Source: Deltaproteobacteria bacterium (lineage in GTDB: Bacteria; Myxococcota; B64-G9). From it: a stretch of DNA of 61,880 nucleotides. Positions within the stretch are counted from its first letter, which is position 1. Each line of letters opens with the position of its first letter. The stretch is taken from the NCBI GenBank assembly GCA_030622135.1, contig JAUXGL010000004.1:1-61880 (forward strand), read 5' to 3'. The translations under genes were made by a program, and so were the position numbers. Under the pieces are notes generated by a model. That model was not told where the DNA came from. It saw only the letters and a list, made by a program, of their open reading frames with translations, and ran no database searches. Shown here one piece after another: positions 56,784 through 61,880 of the stretch.

Positions 56784-57081
56784 CCAACACCTCCGAAGGC
56801 TAACTATACCGAGGTTACCTCACAGCGCCAGCGAAAAAACCAAAGATTTCTCCGGTGTTGAGTTCGCCCGAATATTACAATAAAAACGAGAGACTAATCT
56901 ATGGATGCCGAAAATCCATAACATTGGCACTGGTCAAGAGCAGCTCACATGCCGGATGATGAAATTTCCCTGGCGTGCTTCTAAAACGTCGTATAGACTC
57001 AGCGTTCGTGAGTAAGGTGACCGGCAGACAGGAAAGTGGGACAAATGCCCTGACTATGGAATTGAGTGCCTGAGGTAACCC

Positions 57082-59241
57082 ATGCCCGTAACCAGAGCTG
57101 CTAACGAGGCTCTCTTTGCTTTAGAAGTTTCCGGTATCAGCCTGAGAGTGGTGGACTTCAGCGCCCGGGAAGAAATCTCCGCACCCTTTGATGTCAAATT
57201 GATCCTGGCATCCAAGACCGAAGTTGCTTTCGACGACGTCATCGGCGAACCGGCCATGCTGACCATCTTCGGGGACGGAGTCGATCGGTACATCCACGGC
57301 ATGATCACCCAATTCATGCAAGTGGGAACCCGGGGGCGGTTCAGGCTGTACCGGGCCCAGCTACAGCCGCCGTTGAGCCTGTTGGCCCTGAAGCAGAACA
57401 GCCGCATCTTCCAGAATATGAGCACAGCCGACATTGTAAAGCAGGTCCTGAAGGAAGCCGGCATATCCAGCGACCGCCTGGATTTCAGAACCCAGGGCCA
57501 GTATCAGCCCCGAGAGTTCTGTGTACAGTACTGCGAGCCGGATCTTAATTTCATCTCGCGCCTGCTTGAAGAAGACGGCGTCTTCTACTTCTTCGAGCAC
57601 GAGGATGACCAACACACCCTGGTCTTTGGAGACAGCCCGGTCTGTTACCAGCCCATCGAAGGTGGCGGCAGTGTCATGCTCAACGTCTCGGACGGCCGCA
57701 AACCGACCGAGGAATATGTCACCAGCTTCGACCGTTCCAGGCAAATCCGCTCCGGCAGAGTAACCCTGAAGGACTACAACTTCGAGCGCCCCTCCCTGGA
57801 TTTGACCGCGCCGGCCAAGGGGAGCTCCTTCGAAGAGCTGGAGATCTATGACTATCTGGATACTTACCAGGAAGAAGGAGTGGGTAAGAAACTGGCTCAG
57901 GTCAGGCTCGAGGCGGCCCGGGTCTTTCAGGAGACCTCGAAAGGCCAGAGCGGTTGTTCCCGCCTGGTGCCCGGGTTCACCTTCAAACTTTCGCATCCCG
58001 GTGGCGATGCCGATATCCCCGAGGCGGACTTCGACCAGGAGTATTTACTGGTGAAGGTTCTCCACGCGGGATCCAGTCCCCAGGTTTTAGAAGAATTCTC
58101 CGGAGCGGAAAAGGGACAGGATTACACCAACCAGTTTGTGTGCATTCCCTCTTCGGTGAATTACCGGCCCCAGCGCACATTCAATAAGCCTACGATCGTG
58201 GGCATCCAGACCGCTATTGTGGTGGGCCCCCCTGGCGAGGAGATCCACACCGACAAGCACGGCCGCATAAAGATCCAGTTCCACTGGGACCGCGAGGGTA
58301 AGTCCAACGAAAAGAGTTCCTGCTGGGTCCGGGTAAGCCAGGCCTGGACCGGAGCGGGGTGGGGCGCTTTGCATATTCCCCGCATTGGGCAGGAGGTCGT
58401 GGTGAGCTTCCTGGATGGGGATCCCGACCGGCCCCTGGTGACCGGCCAAGTTTACCACGGCACCAACACGCCGCCCTATACCCTGCCAGACGATAAGACC
58501 AAGAGCACCATCAAATCCAACTCCTCCATTGGCGGGGGTGGTTCCAACGAGTTTCGCTTCGAGGACAAGAAGGGCTCGGAAGAGATCTTCTTGCATGGTC
58601 AGAAAGACTGGAACACCGTCATTCAGAATAACCAGTCTTCTTCCATTGGGGTGGATCAATCCACAACCGTAGGCACCAATAAAACCATCGAGGTAGGCTC
58701 GAATCATACCGAAAAAATCGGTGCCGGCATGAGTCTCACCGTGGGTGCCAGCAAGACCGAAGTGGTATCGGTCAATTCAGCCGAGTCAGTAGGGGCGGAC
58801 AAGGAACTCAGCGTTGGTGGCGCTTATCGGGTGTTGGTGGGCAAAGATAAAGCCGAAAAAATCGGCGGTGCCCGCACCGAAGTCATCGGCGGTGCCCGCA
58901 CCGAAGTCATCGGGACCAAGCGTTCGGTGAACGTGGGCGGTAACAGCAGCGAAAGCATTGGCGGTAAAAAAACCGTCAAAGCCGGCAAAGACTACAGCCT
59001 CGAGGCCGGAGCCAAAGCCACCGTCAAAGTAAAAGAAGAATACTTCCTGGAGGCCAAAAAGATCCTTATCCAAGCCAAAGAAGAACTTTCTATCAAAGTA
59101 GGCAAGGCCACCATTGTTCTGAAGAATAACGGAGATATCAACATCAAAGGGAAAAACATCAACGTCAAAGGCAAGGGTAAGATTAACCTCAAGGCGTCCA
59201 AAGATATAATAATCAAGGGAAGCAAGGTGAAGGCGAACTGA
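57082..59241 (+). CDS. vgrG: T6SS spike protein VgrG (TssI) with gp5-type beta repeats, no C-terminal toxin
   Basis: REFCVQY.E.D, QTAIVVGP.GEEIHTDKHGR, SSCWVRVSQ.W.G..WG, PRIGQEV, EDKKGSEEIF; 8-aa repeats including a 24-bp tandem at 58861-58908. Confidence 0.96.
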   Translation: MPVTRAANEALFALEVSGISLRVVDFSAREEISAPFDVKLILASKTEVAFDDVIGEPAMLTIFGDGVDRYIHGMITQFMQVGTRGRFRLYRAQLQPPLSLLALKQNSRIFQNMSTADIVKQVLKEAGISSDRLDFRTQGQYQPREFCVQYCEPDLNFISRLLEEDGVFYFFEHEDDQHTLVFGDSPVCYQPIEGGGSVMLNVSDGRKPTEEYVTSFDRSRQIRSGRVTLKDYNFERPSLDLTAPAKGSSFEELEIYDYLDTYQEEGVGKKLAQVRLEAARVFQETSKGQSGCSRLVPGFTFKLSHPGGDADIPEADFDQEYLLVKVLHAGSSPQVLEEFSGAEKGQDYTNQFVCIPSSVNYRPQRTFNKPTIVGIQTAIVVGPPGEEIHTDKHGRIKIQFHWDREGKSNEKSSCWVRVSQAWTGAGWGALHIPRIGQEVVVSFLDGDPDRPLVTGQVYHGTNTPPYTLPDDKTKSTIKSNSSIGGGGSNEFRFEDKKGSEEIFLHGQKDWNTVIQNNQSSSIGVDQSTTVGTNKTIEVGSNHTEKIGAGMSLTVGASKTEVVSVNSAESVGADKELSVGGAYRVLVGKDKAEKIGGARTEVIGGARTEVIGTKRSVNVGGNSSESIGGKKTVKAGKDYSLEAGAKATVKVKEEYFLEAKKILIQAKEELSIKVGKATIVLKNNGDINIKGKNINVKGKGKINLKASKDIIIKGSKVKAN

Positions 59242-59325
59242 GGATATTCCTGATTTGCAGAATTTTCCGAGGATTCCATAAATGTGAAAACCAATTTTTT
59301 TGTGTGGTGGAATCTGGGGTTGCAC

Positions 59326-59835
59326 CTAATTTATCTGGACTGAGGCGCCTTTTATCTTGTTGACCCGAGTGGCCCGGCTGATAACCTCGACACCCTTTAC
59401 GATAATCTTGCCGTCTTTCCTCAGAATCAATGTGCTTTTACCGCATTTCAGAACCATTTCTTCTTTGGCGTTCAGCACCACGGTTTTCCCGTCGACCTTA
59501 GCTTCCAGGGGGCGTTCGGCCTGAATGCTGGCCTCTTGTTGAGGCTTGGTGGGGAAAAGGGTCTCCTGGACAAAGCCGACAATAATTGGTCGGGCGGGAT
59601 CCTGGTTCTCCAGCATCAACAACACTGCAAAACCTTCCAGGGTGTCCTTGGATGACTCGGGTGGCGTGGCCACCACGGATCGGGCAACGACCGGGGCTCC
59701 TGGATTTCCGGGGAAATCCACCAAGGCTTTTCCATCGGAGGTGATTTGGACTATGTTTCCCACACACCATCCCGCCTGATCAGCGTTGCCTAAATCCTTG
59801 AGATTGCTCAACTCGGTTACTGCGCTTTGCATCAA
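59326..59835 (-). CDS. DUF6484-like protein with VgrG-C-terminal-like beta strands
   Basis: LVDFPGN, VLLMLENQDPARPIIVG, LKCGKSTLILRKDGKI, NKIKGASVQIN. Confidence 0.78.
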   Translation of the reverse strand: MMQSAVTELSNLKDLGNADQAGWCVGNIVQITSDGKALVDFPGNPGAPVVARSVVATPPESSKDTLEGFAVLLMLENQDPARPIIVGFVQETLFPTKPQQEASIQAERPLEAKVDGKTVVLNAKEEMVLKCGKSTLILRKDGKIIVKGVEVISRATRVNKIKGASVQIN

Positions 59836-60042
59836 ATACTCCTTGTCTTCACGACCCTGGAGTGAAGTGGATCACGGAAAGCGGTTCCTGTCAACCTCCC
59901 CTGGGAGGGCGCCGGATGGTTTGACATTGTCTGTAACTCAGTGTACTTTCAGACGGTTTTGGTTTTTAATATGAGATGCTGGTGGATGGCCAACAGGCAA
60001 TCCTGGAACCATCCAGCAGACTGCTGATGGGGGTAGTAAATC

Positions 60043-60501
60043 ATGGGCGTAACAGTTGGTGTCAATAACCTTTCGGTGGTGCATAAGAGCAGCAGTGGGA
60101 TTTCCATCGCCTTTCCGGATGTCTGCAAAACACCGAGCCCCGCAGGACCCATCCCGATTCCTTACCCCAACATTGCTAAGTCGTCGGATACCGCCAAGGG
60201 TAGCAAAAAGGTAAAGATCGACGGTAATCCGGTTTGCCTCAAGGATTCCAACTTCAGTACCAGCATGGGAGATGAGGCCGGATCCGCCGGTGGGGTGATC
60301 TCCGGCAAGACCAAGGGCAAAGCTGAATTCATCAATTTTTCGTTTGATGTGAAGATCGAGGGCAAGAATGTGCCCCGGGCTTTTGATCTGATGCTTCACA
60401 ACGATAAGAACACGCCGCCTTTTCCTGTTCTCCAGGGCCCGGTGATTACCTTTGGCCCGGAACCCAAAGACGAGTGCTTTATCTGCCATAAGGAACTCTA
60501 G
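60043..60501 (+). CDS. DUF4150 PAAR-like spike tip protein
   Basis: FPDVCKTPSP..PIPYPNIA, STSMGDEAG..GGV.SG, SFDVKIEGKNV.R..D...HN. Confidence 0.92.
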   Translation: MGVTVGVNNLSVVHKSSSGISIAFPDVCKTPSPAGPIPIPYPNIAKSSDTAKGSKKVKIDGNPVCLKDSNFSTSMGDEAGSAGGVISGKTKGKAEFINFSFDVKIEGKNVPRAFDLMLHNDKNTPPFPVLQGPVITFGPEPKDECFICHKEL

Positions 60502-60504
60502 TCC

Positions 60505-61674
60505 ATGGCCGGACAGTCGGGAGAGACCATCAGCATTACCGGTCGGGGCATGGTGGCATCTTTGGGCCATGATGTGGCCAATGCCTGCGCCGCCGCCCGA
60601 GCCGGACTGGGACGTGCCCAGGAACTCGAGAACTACAAGCTCTACTCACCGGATGACGCGGGTGGGCAACCAGCCATCGGTCACCCGGTACCCATGCTTA
60701 CCACCGGCTTCTCCGGACCCGCGCGTCTGTTGCGGCTGCTGCAGGCAGGCTTGAAGGATCTGAAAAACCAGGTAAAGGATCCCCCGTGGAAAAAAGACGA
60801 AGTCGGCTTTTATCTGTCGCTGCCCGATCCCTTTCGGCAGCACACTGGTTTGGATTTGGTCCCTGACGATGAGCTTCGAAAATCCATGCAGGAAGAAAGT
60901 GAGCAAGTCAAGCGGATCCCGCCGTCACTGCCCAAGGTGCGGGATTTTCTGACCGCCGCCGCCCAGACTGTCAAGTGGCCCAAAGCTCCCCAACTGAATT
61001 TCGTGAGTGCCGCGGGTCACGCCGGAGTGGCTGAGTGTTTGGCTAAAGCCCTGCAGGATCTGCTGGCCGGTCAGGCCCAGTCTGCCATTGTGGGTGGATT
61101 GGATTCATTTCTGGATGAGAATACCCTCTTGTGGCTGGAGCAAACCCTGCGACTCAAGACCGACGACCTGCCCACTGGATTCCAGCCCGGGGAAGCCTGC
61201 GCCTTGCTTTTATTGGAGACCGGCAAATCGGCCAAGAAACGCGAGGCCCCGGTGTTTGCCAACATCCTGGATTGCCGGTTGGGCAAGGACAAAAAAACCT
61301 TGTTGTCAAACCAGCCCTCCTTGGGGCAAGGCCTGGCCGGTGTTCTGGGTAGTGTCTCCCGACAAGCCCGCTGGGACAGCCAAAAGCGGCCGGTATGGGT
61401 GTTAGCCGATCAAAACGGGGAGACCCATCGGGCCATGGAATGGGGTAATGCCCTGGTGCGCCTGGCCGAGAAAGCCCCGGTCTTCTCGCAGCCGGTAGTA
61501 TGGAACCCGGCCGCATCGTTCGGAGACACCGGAGCCGCCAGCGGAGCCATTTCCCTGTGCATGGCCACCAGTGCTTTTGAACGTAACTACGCCCCCTCGG
61601 ACCGAGCCGCGATTCTATCCTCATCCGATGATTTTCAACGCGCGGCGGTGTTATTGGCGGCTCCCCCCAAGTAA
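60505..61674 (+). CDS. Beta-ketoacyl synthase/thiolase-fold T6SS-associated protein (PRK06147-like), lacking the catalytic Cys
   Basis: GMVASLG...AARAG, AIVGGLDS, PGEACA, DQNGE..RA.EWG, FGDTGAASG; the nucleophile position reads AAGHAG. Confidence 0.85.
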   Translation: MAGQSGETISITGRGMVASLGHDVANACAAARAGLGRAQELENYKLYSPDDAGGQPAIGHPVPMLTTGFSGPARLLRLLQAGLKDLKNQVKDPPWKKDEVGFYLSLPDPFRQHTGLDLVPDDELRKSMQEESEQVKRIPPSLPKVRDFLTAAAQTVKWPKAPQLNFVSAAGHAGVAECLAKALQDLLAGQAQSAIVGGLDSFLDENTLLWLEQTLRLKTDDLPTGFQPGEACALLLLETGKSAKKREAPVFANILDCRLGKDKKTLLSNQPSLGQGLAGVLGSVSRQARWDSQKRPVWVLADQNGETHRAMEWGNALVRLAEKAPVFSQPVVWNPAASFGDTGAASGAISLCMATSAFERNYAPSDRAAILSSSDDFQRAAVLLAAPPK

Positions 61675-61692
61675 AGAAACGGAAGGAACCGG

Positions 61693-61880
61693 ATGGCCGA
61701 CAAAGAAAAACATTCCAAGGGAGTAAAAAAGGGTAGATTTTGTGCAGTCCGCACCGGACCTACGGGCAAATGCAAATGTGGGAACAACTATGTAAAAAAC
61801 TGTGAGTTCGGAGGCAATTGGGATAAATACCCCCAGAAAACCACCAAAACCATCAAGGACAAAGTCACCAAGGCAGTGAA
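61693..61880 (+). CDS. Partial ORF, probable T6SS effector (runs off the window)
   Basis: GGAAGGA RBS, MADKEKHSKGVKKGRFCAVRTGPTGKCKCGNNYVKNCEFGG..., AT-richer DNA. The effector role is inferred from position only. Confidence 0.55.
   Translation, partial: MADKEKHSKGVKKGRFCAVRTGPTGKCKCGNNYVKNCEFGGNWDKYPQKTTKTIKDKVTKAV

Noticed and set aside
58861-58908. 24-bp tandem repeat in vgrG
   Set aside because: Ordinary expansion of the 8-aa gp5 beta-helix repeat.
60475-60492. CxxCH in the DUF4150 protein as a c-type heme site
   Set aside because: No signal peptide for periplasmic heme attachment; a zinc-type site is more plausible.

Overview
GC-rich bacterial window whose gene content suggests a Myxococcota/deltaproteobacterial genome (inference). 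The left part (1-14.9 kb) is dense in proteolysis and cell-surface genes: a Kazal/MopE-motif Cys-rich lipoprotein truncated at the window edge, an ECF sigma / ZAS-DUF4384-like anti-sigma / caspase-family operon, two rhomboids, and a duplicated 'membrane-hairpin protein + trypsin-like protease' module whose two protease genes end in an identical 75-bp sequence. The middle (15-35.6 kb) holds a GT9 transferase, an FHA protein, an apparently catalytically dead PocR-AAA+-HTH regulator, a FAD oxidoreductase, secreted hypotheticals, an orphan N6-adenine methyltransferase, a CNNM/CBS transporter, an S9 peptidase and a second ECF/anti-sigma pair, plus several small intergenic repeats. The right part (36-61.9 kb) is a type VI secretion locus with all 13 core genes (tssJKLMABC-hcp-tssEFGH, vgrG), a DUF4150 PAAR-like gene, a thiolase-like adaptor and the start of a probable effector. 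Its most unusual feature is that no standalone tagH/fha is visible in the cluster. Instead a canonical FHA domain is inserted inside TssL, and a membrane-anchored FHA-FHA-lytic transglycosylase sits next to tssJ. All family calls come from motif recognition by eye; no database searches were run.
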